In this document: piece after piece, positions 49,942-63,765 of the stretch
Layout: the number at the start of each line of letters is the position of its first letter
Numbering within the stretch: the first letter of the stretch is position 1
Assembly (NCBI RefSeq): GCF_037042905.1
Contig: NC_087245.1
Span: 11,410,001-11,474,000 of the forward strand
Direction of reading: 5' to 3'
Origin: Lytechinus pictus
Lineage: Eukaryota
DNA length: 64,000 bases
Notes under the pieces: model-generated
What the model saw: only the letters and a program-made list of their open reading frames with translations
The model's database searches: none
What the model was told of the DNA's origin: nothing
Position numbers and translations under genes: made by a program

Positions 49942-51949
49942 TTAAATCCGACAACAATAATGCATATTTATTAAATTACAAATAAATGAGAAGTATAGAG
50001 GAAATATATAGTTGTAACTTAATTTCAATGGGAGGAATATGATGGGACCTATCATTCGTGAGCTTATCATGTACACTAAGAAAAAAAGAAGCACTTTCTT
50101 TTGATGGGTGCATTCTTGCACCTAAAGTGAAAAAAAAAGTTCCAAACGTGTATTATGTTCTTCTAGCTTTCTCCTGGAAATGACAGTTTGCTCCCTTTTG
50201 CGCTTGTTCCATCACAGATCCAGTTATCACGTCGGTCGGGCAATTCGAGAAAAGGTGAGGGCCACCTAAATTCCCGAATAGTCGGGTCCAGTTCACCCGA
50301 CCACTTTAGAATTTTACTATAATTTTCACAAAATATCGGGTAAACTGGACCTGACCTTTTTGGGAAATAAGGATGCACTTTTCTCGAATGGTCGGGTAAT
50401 TGGACTCTAACTTTTCGGAAATTTAGGGGCCTAGCTTTTCTCAAATCGTCCGGCTTCGTGAAAACCCGACCCGACGCGACAATACGATGTGATGACACAA
50501 GCCAGATTTTTGTTGAAGGTACATGTACTGCGTATGGTATACAACATAGGCAGCACGACCCCCTGGAAATCAGATTCGTATACGTTACAATGTGAACATT
50601 GAAATCACTAATTTTGCAGCGAATCACCCCCCCCCCCTTTTTTTTTTTTTTTGCTTGTTTTTTTCCAAACCCCTATTAAAAATCGTCCCAAGGGTCCTGG
50701 ATGTACGACACGATTAGCACTAGTGATCATGACATTCAAATATGTTGTTCTTGACCAGTTTGGCTCAGCTTCGTTGATCCTTCTTTGATTTTCATGCTTT
50801 TACACGAGCTAATTTGCTTTAATGGTTTCATTGTCCTTTACCGCACAAGACTTCCTTTACTTAGGACTTCAGTAGGTAGTAGATAAATATTTTTGTTGTT
50901 ATTAATTATCTTATTTAGACGATGGATAACACAATCTATAGCATAATCTCTATCAGTGGCGTACCGTGGGTCACGGCATTGGGGGGTACCAGCAAAAAAA
51001 TTGAGTCACTTAGAGAGCGCGCAAAGCGCGCTCGGTTACCAGTTGACATAATAGAGACATTTTAAGGACAGTGCCATTAAACGGATATGTATCTCACTGA
51101 TCACATAATGCGAAGCGCGAGCTGAAATTTTTTGAAAGTCAGACCTAAAAAGGGACATTATAAGCAAATTTTTGTAATCATAATAAGTACCTGTCTCGCT
51201 AAACAAACAATGCGAGCGCGAAGCGCGAGCTGAAATTTTTGTATATATTGAACCCCAAACAGGGACATTTTAAGGACTATATTCTAGGAATCTATTAAGA
51301 GTATACATATTTCACCATAGCCATCTAATGCGAGTGCCAAGCGCTTGCTGATTTTGTTAGAATAATATACATCTAAACACATGAAGCACTTGTAGTCATT
51401 GTAATCATGATTAACATACCCATCTCACTAATCAAATATTGCGAGCACGAAGCGCGAGCTGAAAATTTAGGAAATTCAGACCTAAAGAGGGACATTTTAA
51501 GGCTTCTTTGTAGGAATTCACGAAGATCATACGTTTTTCACAAACCAAATGATGCGAGCGCGAAGCGCGAGCTGAAATTTTTGTATATATTGACCCCCAA
51601 ACTGGGATATATTAAGGACTATGTTTTTAAGGAATCCATTAAGAGTACACATATCTCACCATAGTCATCTAATGCGAGTGCCAAGCGCATGCTGATTTTG
51701 TTAGAATTACATCTAAACACATGACGCATTTTTTGTAGTAATTGTAATCATAATTATCATACGCATCTCACTAATCAAATATTGCGAGCGCGTAGCGCGA
51801 GCTGAAAATTTAGACCTGAAGAGGGGGCATTATAAGGCCTGCTTGTAGGAATTCACGAAGACCATGCGTATTTCACTAACCAAATGATGCGAGCGTGAAG
51901 CGCAAGCTGAAAATTTTTGACATTCAGATCAGAAAAAGGGACATTTTAA

Positions 51950-54900
51950 GGACGTTCCACAGTTAAAGTGAAATCCATGTCATTTTCACCAAACTTTGCA
52001 CATAGATATTTTAGAACCTTAATATTCGAAATATGCAAAAATTAACATAGGTCCATGTGCTTGATTTTTTGCTATAGAGCTTCAAAGTTCACCCAAATTG
52101 ATGTTATTAAGAATTGCGCATTCAAAAGAATTTGGCATTTTTAGACCGCCCAAGATTACTATAATGAGTTTAAACCTATATTACTCAGTCAAAATACATG
52201 AAAAAGTCATCAAATTTCGCAAGAGAGTTAATAATTGTATCGTTAGAATGGAGAATCTATTTATAATGCTATTTGTTTGCAATTTTAAGTTTAACAGCAC
52301 TGTCAGTTCTTAAAAATGGCGTAAAAGATAACAAAATCCCAATCTAAAAAATGTAAAATTTAAGTAACAAACTACAAACGTACAATAAATGCTGCACTTT
52401 ATTCAAAATCCATGTCATTTTCACAAAAATTTGCAGAGTTGTAGAGGAAGGTATACCTAAGAGGTACAAACATTAAAAAATAGGGGTTCATGTGCTTCTT
52501 TTTAAACTATCAGCATTTTTATTAGAGCAAATGTGCTTTTTAAAACACCAAAAATGCGCCGAATGCTTAGTATCTATGTGAAGAAAAAATCAAAACCACT
52601 CTACCATTTATTCAAACTGGGGTAATATTCGTGATTCTTGGCAGCACTGCAGAGTAAATTATTTTGAAATTGTAGAGAATATTTTTTTGAATGGTCCATG
52701 GAATAATTCCATTTTTAGCTTCATGAAATAACGCATTAGTCCAGGATAGTAGGGGTCGAACCTTGTTTTTTTATATATACAATGTTTTTGTATGGTTTCT
52801 TGTCAATTCGAGGGTGCTGATTCCGAATCTGAATGATGCCACTCGTGTAACCTTGAGCATTTTCTGCAAATTGGCAAAATCCAATATGGCCGCCAAAATA
52901 TTCAAATTACCCATGAAAGTCATAAAATTGTCCACACATTGGCTTTAAAGTACATGCAATTGTGCTGCCGGAGTGAAATAATATCTGGAAAAATGATTTT
53001 TGTCAAAATATTTATTTTCTTGATATCAAAATGGCCGCCATCATAGACCCCTGTACAATATAAATGGGGAAAATTAATTTTTACAAAATTGAGCACTGAA
53101 ATGCAAGTAATTATGATCTATGAGTGAAGCAATGTCTGTAAACATGATTGCTAACGATATATATCATTTGTTATGCCAGTTATGTGATAAATCCTGTATT
53201 TTGATATTCAAAATGGCCTTCAAAAGCCCTAACACTATTATGTACAATGTGAATGGTGACACACAAAAATCACAAGAGTGAGCACTAAAATGCATTTTGT
53301 TGAGATAAACGAGTGGAAAAACTGACTAAAAACATTATTGTTAACGAAATATATTATTAAACATGCCATGTATGTGATAAACCCTGTATTTTTATATTTA
53401 ATATGACCGCCAAAGGCCCTAAAATCATGATCTACGATGTGAGAGAGGACAAAAACAATCACAAGGTGAGCACTAAAACGTATTTTTTGTGGTAAATTAG
53501 TGGAATACTGTCTTCAAATATAATTTGCAACGAAATATATTATTCGGGTTTCATATTTGTGTTAAATATTGTATTTTGACTTTCAAAATGGCCGCCAAAA
53601 GACATTGACTGTATTATGTACAATCGATCTGGGAAACCAATTTTCACATGAGTCAGCACCATAACATGCATATAATTGTGATTTAAGAGTAAAATATTGT
53701 CTGAAAACATAATTCCTAACAAGAAATATCATTCATTCTGCCAGGTAGGTGATAAATAATGTATTTTGAAAGTCAAAATGGCCGCTACAGGCCCTAACGG
53801 TAGGCCTAATATGTACTATGTGAATGGGAACATATAATTTTAACAGAATTTGGCTTTGCTTGACTAAATGGTGTTGCATGTATGAGTGAAATATCGTCTG
53901 AAAATATGATTTTGTAACCAAATAGATCATTTCTTATGTTATTTAGGTGATAAATGCTATATTCAAATTTCAAAATGGCTGCAATATGTTTCTTTGTGGA
54001 AATTATCTTTCCCCATTCAAATTTTACATATTAAGATAAGTGACTATGGCGGCCATTTTTCATTTTTAAAAGGCTGCATTCATCACCTTTATGACACAAG
54101 CTATGATATATTTCGTTAGAAATCATTGGGTTTAGACAATACTTAACACTTACATCAAAATTAAGCCATTTTCATAGTAAACATTTTGTCAAAATTATCT
54201 GCCCCCAGTTACAATGTACATACTACTTTGGGCTATGGCAGCAATTTTGAATTTCAAAGTAAGGTCTTTATTACCTTCTCAACCATTATGTGATGTATTT
54301 AGTCAGAAATCATGTTCAAGACCAAATTTTACCTATACATCACATAGTTACGTGCGTTTTTGGTTCTCATTCTGGTGATGATTAGTTTCCCTATACGCAT
54401 GTTACAGAATTTGTAGGGGCTTGTGCGGCCGTTTTGAAAGTCAAAATACAGTATTTATCACCTATGGGAGAGGAAATGTTATATTTCATTAAAAAATCAC
54501 GTTTTCAAACAATATTTTCCTTATACAACAGAATTATATGGATTTCATAGTCAGGCAAATCCTAATTCTTTCAAAAGTATTTGTCCCCATTTACATTGTA
54601 GATAATACTGTAAGGGCCCATAGGGGCCATTTTGAATTTTACAATACAGCATTTATCTCATGCATGAAAAATGAAATGATATGTTTCGCCAGAAATCATG
54701 TGTTTAGACAATATTTCACTCGTATAGATTACAATTACATTCATTTTATTGCTTTTACTCTTGTGAAAATTAGTTTCTTCATTCGCTTTGTTCATAATAC
54801 AGATAGGGCCTATGGCAGCCATTTTGAATGTCAACATGCAGCATAATTACCGAAATTGCAAGGGAAATGATATGTTTCGTTATAAATCCTTGTTGTCAGA

Positions 54901-55653
54901 CAGTGTTACACCAATATTTCGCAGTTATTGGCATTTTAAAGTCAAACAAATTCAAAGGTTACGAAAATTATTTGTCCCCTTTTATATATTGTTCACAGTA
55001 TAAGGGGTCTATGACAGCCATTTTGAATATCATAATACAGCATTTATCACATTAGATAGTATACAAATGACCTAGTTTTGTTAATAGTCATGTTTTCAGA
55101 CAGTAGTCCACTCGCAGGTCACAATCACATGCAATAATAGTGCTCTTGTTTGAAAAAATATTTTCCCCATTCATATTCTACATAATAAAGTATACAGCGG
55201 TTATGGCGGCCATTTTGAATATCAATAAAATAAATATTTTGTCAAATATCGCTTTTCCAATTGGTATTTCACTTCTGCACAACAACTACATGCATTTTAT
55301 AGCTAATGTGTTGGCAATTTTATGATTTTCATGGGTAATTTGTATATTTTGGCGGCCATATTGGATTTTGCCAATTTGCGGAAAATGCTCAAGGTTACAA
55401 GAGTGGCATCATTCAGATTCGGAATCAGCACCCTCGAATTGACTAGAAACCATCAAAAAACATTGTATATCTAAAAAAACAAGGTTCGACACCTTGTCTA
55501 TGGGGCCTATCCTGGACTACATCGGATCTGTAGTTAAAGTGCAGAAGATGAGAAAAATCAGCTCATACCCGCAGCTAATTAATCACCTGTTCATCCATTG
55601 TGACGTCAGCGCGCAGAGTGTAAACTATGCGCAGATCATAATGCGCACAAACA
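51950..55653. mobile_element. Unclassified insertion inside the hAT array (possible PIF/Harbinger-type left end); hosts the Academ-like element
   Basis: The host unit ...ACATTTTAA|GGACT... is split. TAA(GGAC) is duplicated at 51947 and 55654. Left end GGACGTTCCACAG; no matching right TIR seen. Confidence 0.55.
52737..55519. mobile_element. Non-autonomous Academ-like (foldback) DNA transposon
   Basis: Termini TAGTCCAGGATAG...CTATCCTGGACTA; ~190-bp near-perfect TIR; 3-bp TSD CAT (52734-52736, 55520-55522); internal ~190-bp units invert near 54000. Confidence 0.85.
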
Positions 55654-56092
55654 TAAGGACTGATTTTAGGAATTCATGAAGAACAGACATATCTCACCAA
55701 TCCACGAATGCGAACGTAAACACGGACAGGAAATGGTTTATATTAAGACCTTAAAATGGGGCAATCACTTTAAGAAGTCATGAAAGAGAAGCATATGTCA
55801 CTACATAAACCAATAATTCGAAGTGCAAGGAAATATATTTGGTGTCTATTGACTTGAAAACGGGAGGTTTTAGTACAAGAGGATTATATATCTTGTTAAA
55901 CAGACAATGCAAGCACCAGGAAAAATGAAGACATAGGCCCTGCCCAAATTATGTTTGATAAAGTTATGATTTTTTTAAATGTAATATAACATAACATAAT
56001 TATAATATAATATTACATTATAATTAACAATATAATTTCTTCTTTCCCCACTACGTTTCTCTCCCTTTCTCTCTCTTTTTCTCCTTTTCCCC

Positions 56093-56124
<32 letters not shown>

Positions 56125-56900
56125 GGGGGCAGCCGATTGGGGGGCATGTGCCCCCCCCGTAGTTACGCCACTGATCTCTTTCACGAATTATAGTAGTCAT
56201 GGTAGTTGTAATTCCACTGACATCTTTCCCGCCTAAAGTGATGTTTTTCATCCTTAAAACAAAACAAACAAACCTTGAGCTATATGAGGTCCTTTTCATG
56301 CGTCTTACTTTTGATTGTTCAATTTGCCTGCAGTGCATTTCACGGTTAGGCGTTTTATCATAGCATTATTTCTTCATCGGCCTAACAGTGCTATTTACGA
56401 ATTAGGTGACAATGTACCGAGAAGACTTTTAAAATGAACTCAAATGGCAAATATTTTCGTCATTCAATTGATCAGAAACAAAATGAAACCGCACCCTTCT
56501 CACTCCTCTTTATGTAACATTCTTTTCTCTTTTGTCTCCTTTGATAGAAAGCTTTACGATAGAGGTTTACCCGCAAAAAAAGAGGAAGAGTAGACAGTAG
56601 AAAAGTGGAGAAACAAAGAGAGAGGGGGTGGGCGGGAAATATCAAAGAGAGAATGTTTTCACGAGCGATTGTGTTTAAATATTTTGTCCCTATTTGTATA
56701 TTGTATGTTGCAATTTGATTTTTTTTTTTATAACAATAAGCATGTATATCCAGGTTCGGCAATTCACTTATAACTTACGTAAATCTATAATACCAGCAGG
56801 GAAATGGGAGGTTAGACTTCCTTGCACCAAGGGTCTGTGCCTGGTTGATCATGGCCCTGCATGGGATTTGAAGCGGGGGTGCTGGTAGGTATGTTGTACC

Positions 56901-57099
56901 CAGGGGCGGATCCAGGATTTTCCAAAGGGGGACATTTTTCCGACGAAAAATTTGACAAGCAAAAAAAAAGGGTCTTCACTATCAAGGGGGGGGGGGGCAC
57001 ACTTTTGTTTTAATGCCTTTTTACATTACAAATTTTAATTTTGCTTCTCAAAAGGGGGGTGCACGGGCCGACCGTGCCCACCCCCTGGATCCGCCAGTG
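56901..57099. mobile_element. hAT-type MITE
   Basis: CAGGGGCGGATCCAGG/CCTGGATCCGCCAGTG; perfect 8-bp TSD GTTGTACC. Confidence 0.88.
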
Positions 57100-57216
57100 G
57101 TTGTACCTTTCATGGTTGTACAACATATGCAGTACCCCCATTAAAATTAGTGGCGGGTTTATGTCCAATACGTCCAATGCAGGGGCGGAAATCTCTCCCA
57201 AAAGGTAGGGGGGACA

Positions 57217-59424
57217 CAGGGGCGGATCCAGCCTTCGCCAATAGGAGGGGGGGGCGGAAATTTGTTTCAGCCATATTTTCCCCGATCGGCAGCTCGAAGA
57301 TTATTTTTGTTTGTTTCTTTGAAGGAATAGTCCTCATTAGTCACTTCTTAGCTTTATTGTTATAAATTAATATATAATATCATAATCCTTATTTATATGA
57401 TGCGAGCGCGAAGCGCGAGCTAATTTTTTGGAAATTTTGTGTATTTTTTCCTGAAATTTGAACATTCTGGGCAATGTTTGTTATCCTGAAAAAGATGTGT
57501 TTAATAATTACTACGAACGCAAAGCGCGAGCAGAAATGAACTGATGGAAAAGATACCTGTTAAAGTAGCATTTAACAATCAAATAATGCGAGCGCGAAGC
57601 GCAAGCTAATTTTTTTTTACATTTCACCCAAAGAATGGGAATTCTAAGCACATTTTGTAACTCAAGCAGAATAGGTATATAAGTAAACAATTGATGCGAG
57701 CGCGAAGCGCGAGCGGAAAATTTCGAGATTTAGTCCTTTATTTACTGAACGAGACACTATTCATGTTTTGTAAATCATGAAAAGGATGAGTATTAATAAT
57801 GCGAGCGCAAAGCGCGAGCAGAAAATTTTTATATACGTTTTGAACTGGTTCCTGTTAAAAAGGTAACTAGTAAGGACTGCTTGCACTTAGCCATGAAGGC
57901 GTGACATATTTCAACAATCAAAAGATGCGAGCGCGAAGCGCAAGCTGAACAATTTTGAACTTTCTAAAGAAAGAATGGAAAATTTTGATTAATTTTTTTT
58001 AATCGTGTACAGGATAGCTATATAATTTAATAATTGATGCGAGCGCGAAGAGCGAGCAGAAGAAAAAAAAATCGAGATTTAGACCTAAAAATGGGCCACT
58101 CCGTTCATGTTTTGTAAATAATGAAAAGGATGAGTAATATGGGGTCTTCCTACATTAATAATGCGAGCACAAAGCGCGAGCAGAAAAATTTTGATATTGT
58201 GATCTGAAACTGGATAATGATTTAAATAGAGAACAAGTTGAGTATCTGAATAAACATGCGCGCGCGTGTTCCATATTTAGACCTAGAATCTAGGCATTCT
58301 AAATACATCTTTAATCATGAATATCATGAAACTTTGATATTCCGATCTGAAAAAAAGAGTCAATTTCAGCTTTATATTTCAAGCACTTTGTAGAAAAATT
58401 GTAAGGTGGATATGGATCGCACTTAAAAAAGAGCTGATATTTTCATTGTTATTACTCTGAGTTTTGACATAGGACCGGGACATCCTTACGACATGTCATC
58501 ATATGAAAATGATGACTATTCCTCTTGCTAAGCGAGATGAAACAAAAGGGACAATTTGATTATCAAATTAATATCATATTTATTAATGCCTAATGAGGGC
58601 GCGAAATCTGATGATATTATGGCATAAAAACTGGACATTTCACTTTTGTAATTATGAATAGGATGCATCAGTTAAAGTATTTTTAACCATTAATGCGAGC
58701 GCAAATTGCGAGCTAAAATTTTTGATAAACTGTCACGAAAAGGGGTTTTTAAGTAGTTTGTTGTATAATCAATATTGAAACATATATAACTCGCCAATCA
58801 AAATGCAAGCGTGCAGCGCGCTAGCTGATACGTCTTAACAATCAGACCTGAAAAGGGATATTTTGAAAACTTTATGAAATACACGAAAATAATAGGTACC
58901 TGATAAATGAAAATTTGCGAGCGCACAGCGCAAGCAGCAAATGTTAATATTCAGACCATAAAACTGACATTTTTACAGAGCACTTTTTAAAAATCAATTT
59001 GTAAATCACACAAAATAATGAAAGTTCGATTTCCGAGGTGAAATATGTTTTGTATATTGACTTCCAAACTTGACATTCGAGCTCCATATTGAACAAGATA
59101 TGTAAATCACCTAACAGGCAATGCGAGCGCGAAGCGCGAGCGAAAATTTTATATAGTGGCACGAAAGATTCTTTTTATTTTCCAAGTCTTCCCCTCATCT
59201 TATTTTATTTACTCGTCGTCCTTCTCTTCTTTATATAGTGGCACGAAAGATTCTTTTTATTTTCCAAGTCTTCCCCTCATCTTATTTTATTTACTCGTCG
59301 TCCTTCTCTTCTTTTTCTCCTCTCCTTTCCCTCCTTTATTCCTTCTTTCTTTCCCTTTTTACTTGCTCCGCCAAGAGGGGAGGTGGGGGGGGGGCGGGCC
59401 CCTCGGCCCCCTGGTCCGCCTACG
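57217..59424. mobile_element. hAT-type non-autonomous element with GCGAGCGCGAAGCGCGAGC array
   Basis: Termini CAGGGGCGGATCCAG/CTGGTCCGCCTACG; GGGGACA duplicated at both junctions; about 13 motif copies. Confidence 0.82.
59149..59312. repeat. Perfect 82-bp tandem duplication
   Basis: TTATATAGTGGCACGAAAG...CCTTCTCTTCT occurs twice (59149, 59231). Confidence 0.93.
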
Positions 59425-62137
59425 GGGACAAGGGGCGGGAAAATTTGACAAGCAAAAAAAAGGTTATCATCCCAAAAGTAAGGTCATCTCGTCCCAACTT
59501 GTCCCAAAATACATGTTTTATTTAGATTTAGAATGATGTATTTCTTACCATCATAAAAGACCAAAAATAGTAGGGGGGACATTTGATATCGTGTCCCCCC
59601 TACTATTTTGAGTAGGGGGGACACGTCCCCCCTGTCCCCCCTGGGATTTCCGCCCATGGTCCAATGCAAGTTCGTCCAATGACCATGTCGTCTAATGCCG
59701 TTTGGTACATACGGTATTAGAGAAGCTGATTAAAATAATGTTTCCGATGGTGCATGGGAATTCACCCCCATTTTTTATAAGACTACTTGTGCTTTCTCAT
59801 GTTAAGTCATATCGGTCACTTACTTAAATCTAACCATGTTAACCATGGATAATTGAAGTGGGAATGTTCTTCTCTAAGAATTGCAGAAATAAATTCCAAT
59901 AGACCACAAACTTTACGCCTCCAATTTCTTGACGAACATGCAGTTAACTATTCTACATTTCACGTGATTCAAAATCGATCGATCCTCATCCATATACAGT
60001 TTCTGCAAAAACCATGCACTCTGGAGAACCGGAACGTCCAAATCATTAAGTCTGAAGATTTATGAGAAACTTCAGCATGCTTTATATTTTCACACCCTTA
60101 CACTCCTCAGACTCTACTATCCATCATACAATAGAATGGGCAAAATCAAATAAAATATCGACTGATGATTGAATGTAGACCGATTTATTCAACATACTTT
60201 ACTGTTCAGAAATAAAACAAAATGATATACGATCAGCTGTTCAATATAGCCTAACTATAAATATTTTACGTTACACTCCCCAGTTTGTATACATTCTATA
60301 CAGGTGCTTTTATTTTGTTTTTACTTATAATAGTATGCATGCATTACATAAAGTTACCAAAATGAAAACACTCGTACTGCATCAAGGAAAGAATTCCCAT
60401 AATTTTTTTTTGGATGATCTATAAAATGCCAGTCAAACAGCTGGGAGGTCTTTGTCGAAAATTTGTAAACTGGAACAGCAGTTTCGTCCTTAGTTTCGGA
60501 GCTGATAAAACATTGCAAATATGTCGTTTATCTAGAGTCCAGAACGAAACTGTTGAGTTGATTTTTTGTCGTCAAAGACTTCTTGGTTGTGCTTTGTCAT
60601 GAAGGGCAGCTGATAATACATTTTCTATGTTCTTGGCCGTCGTGGGTCTTGAAGCGAAAATTCTCTACTAGCCCTCTTCTTATACCGACATTTTGAATAG
60701 TTTAATGAACAATGTATCAGCATACTCAATGGATGAAGAAAGATCAGCAAAACTGTATATTCTAGCCATTTGCCATAATTTATAAAGCTACATCTCCACC
60801 AGTTTGCGTTGGTCTACACACTTGAACTAATGAATAACCATCTAAAAAAATTAATTTGACTTATTTTTCTTCTACATAACAATATAATATAACATAAATA
60901 TAACAAATGTATATTTATAATAAATCAGGCATATATATATCATTTAGCACAAAACCAGTAGCAGAAGATGGATTGCCATGATTGTAAGCAAAAAAATGCT
61001 TGAAAATATGACAAACCGAAACATATATTAATCATAGTAATTATACTATGAGCAGAATGGATAATTACGAATTATTAAAGTATTAATTAAGTATAACGCA
61101 AAAAAAGATAAAAAAATCTAACAAGCCTACACTTGATATAATATATACACAACAAAAAAGTAAGTCCCCCCTTAAACAAACATCCATAATTTCCGAACCA
61201 ATGCGAGATTTTAATATATTTTTACATGAGCGTGTAGGTAATTTTATAAGCTACCCTCTGAGTATTTTATGTCATGCTTCAGTGAGCACCACCATAAGGC
61301 AAAATTGTCAATTTTCAAAAGTCACAAGCCCAATATCATGATTTTGATTCCACTTTATTGAAACGAATTCCACATTCTCATCATGAAAAATAGTAAGAAG
61401 GCTTGTAAAATGTACTTTCTAAAAGACGATGCAACTTTTTTGGCTAAATTTCACGGTTGAATAAACACAAGTCTAATTGTTATAATTTGATTTTTTACAC
61501 ATTTCTATCGAATGATCGAATATGATGACAGTTATTTTTGGGAAGAGTATCTTCAACAATATTCATCGTTTCGCGGTTCAATAAACATTTAATGAAGACA
61601 AAAAATACGATTTTTAAATATCATAGGCAAGTATTGTTTCATTTTGGGAACTGAAATTATTTTTTGTTATGTTCATGACCAATTAACATGCTTCAATGTT
61701 TCGAAGGCGTTTAATTAAACATTCACGCTTGAATGAACATGTGGAATGTGATTGGCTCTTTTTTACGTTATTGGAAAATAATGCAATGGCTAACTATGGA
61801 TATCTGTCACAAACCTTCTTGCATAGTTTATTTAATTTGATTTTAATAAAAATCCCGTCTAATGTATAATGCATCAGTGAGCACACAATATTAACAAATT
61901 ATGCAAATGAGTAGAAAGTTCAAGGCCTTGGCTCCACTCATTGCCGTATCGAATGGTTATTTTGGTGTGCGCGCCTTTTGGATAGTCTTACTCTGAACCC
62001 ATGTGCGAAGTTTCATGAAAAAACTGTGGACAGAAGTAACAAAAACCGTCCATGAAACAAACCCTCATTTCACTGTTGTTAAAATTTTGGCTTCCTCTCT
62101 CATAGACATTGTGTACACTATGGGTGCATATGTTTAA

Positions 62138-62708
62138 AGGGGAATCCAGCCTTGGCCATAAAATGTTGTGTTGGGAAGGAGAAAAATTAATTAAACAGAA
62201 TGGTGAAAGTTTTAAAGAAATCGGACAAGCAATAAGAAAGTTATAGCTGCTTTAAAATTGAGATCACTAATACTATGTAGATTTTAAATTGGCAACTGGG
62301 TAAGTAAATTATGACAAGGGGCAAGGACAACTTTCCCATAGGCCATGTACTTTATTATCAGGGATTTGTGGTTTTCTCCTAAGTACCCATTCCCCTGGGG
62401 CAGTAGTCTAAACATAACCCAGGTAGTATATTGTTTTATGTCCTCATGAAAGAAAAATATAATTTGAAATAAAACTTTTACGAAAAATGACATTTTAGCC
62501 ATAATATGTATTGGAGTACATGGAAGAGTAGTCCTTGCCTTACATCACTATGACATCCCATATGCGGCCAATTTGAAGTCTCCATGGGTATAGTGATTAC
62601 CAATATTTACAACTTTTAACAATTCATAACTTTCTTGTTGTTTGTCCAATATTGTTCAAACTTTCACCTATCAACTTGTCTGATTTTTTGTTTGGGTTGG
62701 ATTCCCCT
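62138..62708. mobile_element. Second copy of the 32604-33200 Kolobok-type MITE
   Basis: Colinear and highly similar, with a short deletion near the right end; TSD TTAA/CTAA. Confidence 0.9.
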
Positions 62709-63627
62709 CTAAGAATAAGTAACCCCTTATTCAATATGGTGGAACTTTTTTTCAAGGCTGTCTTTAGCAATGTCATTTGGCAGTAATGTTTATCGACCTA
62801 TGGGCAGAATTCTGTGCAAAAAATAAAATTGATCTGTTCATTTATGGATGAGTGAGCACGTATCAAAGTGGGAAAAGGGACATTTTCAATGTCACAGACT
62901 CATTTTGAAGGGTATTTAAGTGAATAATAGGGCCAAATTCGTTTTCAAATGTGACTTAATTGCTGTTCTTTTTATCATCCATCATTTATATCACCACACA
63001 CTTTCCGAACTTTCAACATTTTCATGGTTGAGCGAGCACATTCGAAAAACTTGGGAATGAACACTCTTTATACTGCATAAATGTATTCTTTTCCGAACGA
63101 TTTCTCAGGATCAGTTGAATTTATGGACAAATCAGTGGTGGATCCAGAATTTTGAAATGGGGAGGGGCCGAATAATTGGGGGAGCCACCAACTTTTTCCC
63201 ATTTTAACATGCTTTAAAAGTTGAAGAGGATACTACCATAAACCCCTATGATGATACGTCACAATACATTGTGCTCACTCAACCATTAACATATACGATA
63301 TCAAAATTGTGTGTGGAGTGGCTAAATGATGGATAGTAAAACAGCATTAACACCATGAAGTTTACCTAAAAACAACATTTGCCCAACTTTGTATTAAACA
63401 ATCTGAAAAACGACTATTGTGACTTTCAAAAATTGTCATTTTTAATTCAATCTTTGATTACTCATGCATGACTCAACCGATCAATCTCATATTTCTTCAG
63501 GAGTTGCTTAATGAGTGTAGAAAATCACCTACGAAATATCATATCTCAAAATTATTCCGTTCAAAAGTTAAAGCAATTTGATTTAGGGGGATCTTCTTTT
63601 TTGTTGTGTATATAATCAAGAAAAAAC

Positions 63628-63765
63628 AATGATAATGATAAATAAAGGTGATGAAGATGATGATGATGATAATGATGATGATGATGATGATGACGATGGT
63701 GTTGGTGATGATGGTGGTGATGGTGGTGGTGGTAGTGGTAGTGGTGGAAATGATGATGATGATGA
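63628..63765. repeat. (GAT)n/(GGT)n trinucleotide microsatellite
   Basis: Direct reading. Confidence 0.9.

Larger units (their letters stand above)
50954..56173. mobile_element. hAT-type non-autonomous element with internal tandem array, interrupted by nested insertions
   Basis: TIR CAGTGGCGTA/TACGCCACTG; 8-bp TSD ATCTCTAT/ATCTCTTT; repeated GCGAGCGCGAAGCGCGAGC motif. Confidence 0.85.
57180..59658. mobile_element. hAT-type MITE split by a 2.2-kb nested hAT-type element
   Basis: TIR CAGGGGCGGAAATC/GATTTCCGCCCATG; perfect 8-bp TSD GTCCAATG; same family as 26911-27240 in opposite orientation. Confidence 0.88.

Noticed and set aside
50163..50627. 154-aa minus-strand ORF
   Set aside because: Overlies degenerate GTCGGGT/ACCCGAC repeats; non-ATG start; no recognisable domain.
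57400..59145. CRISPR-like look of the spaced palindromic GCGAGCGCGAAGCGCGAGC repeats
   Set aside because: Eukaryotic context, spacers of ~90 bp that resemble each other, degenerate repeats, no cas genes, and the array lies inside TIR/TSD boundaries.
61250..63530. Possible large DNA element surrounding the second Kolobok-type MITE
   Set aside because: Looks repeat-like, but I could not identify matching termini or a TSD.
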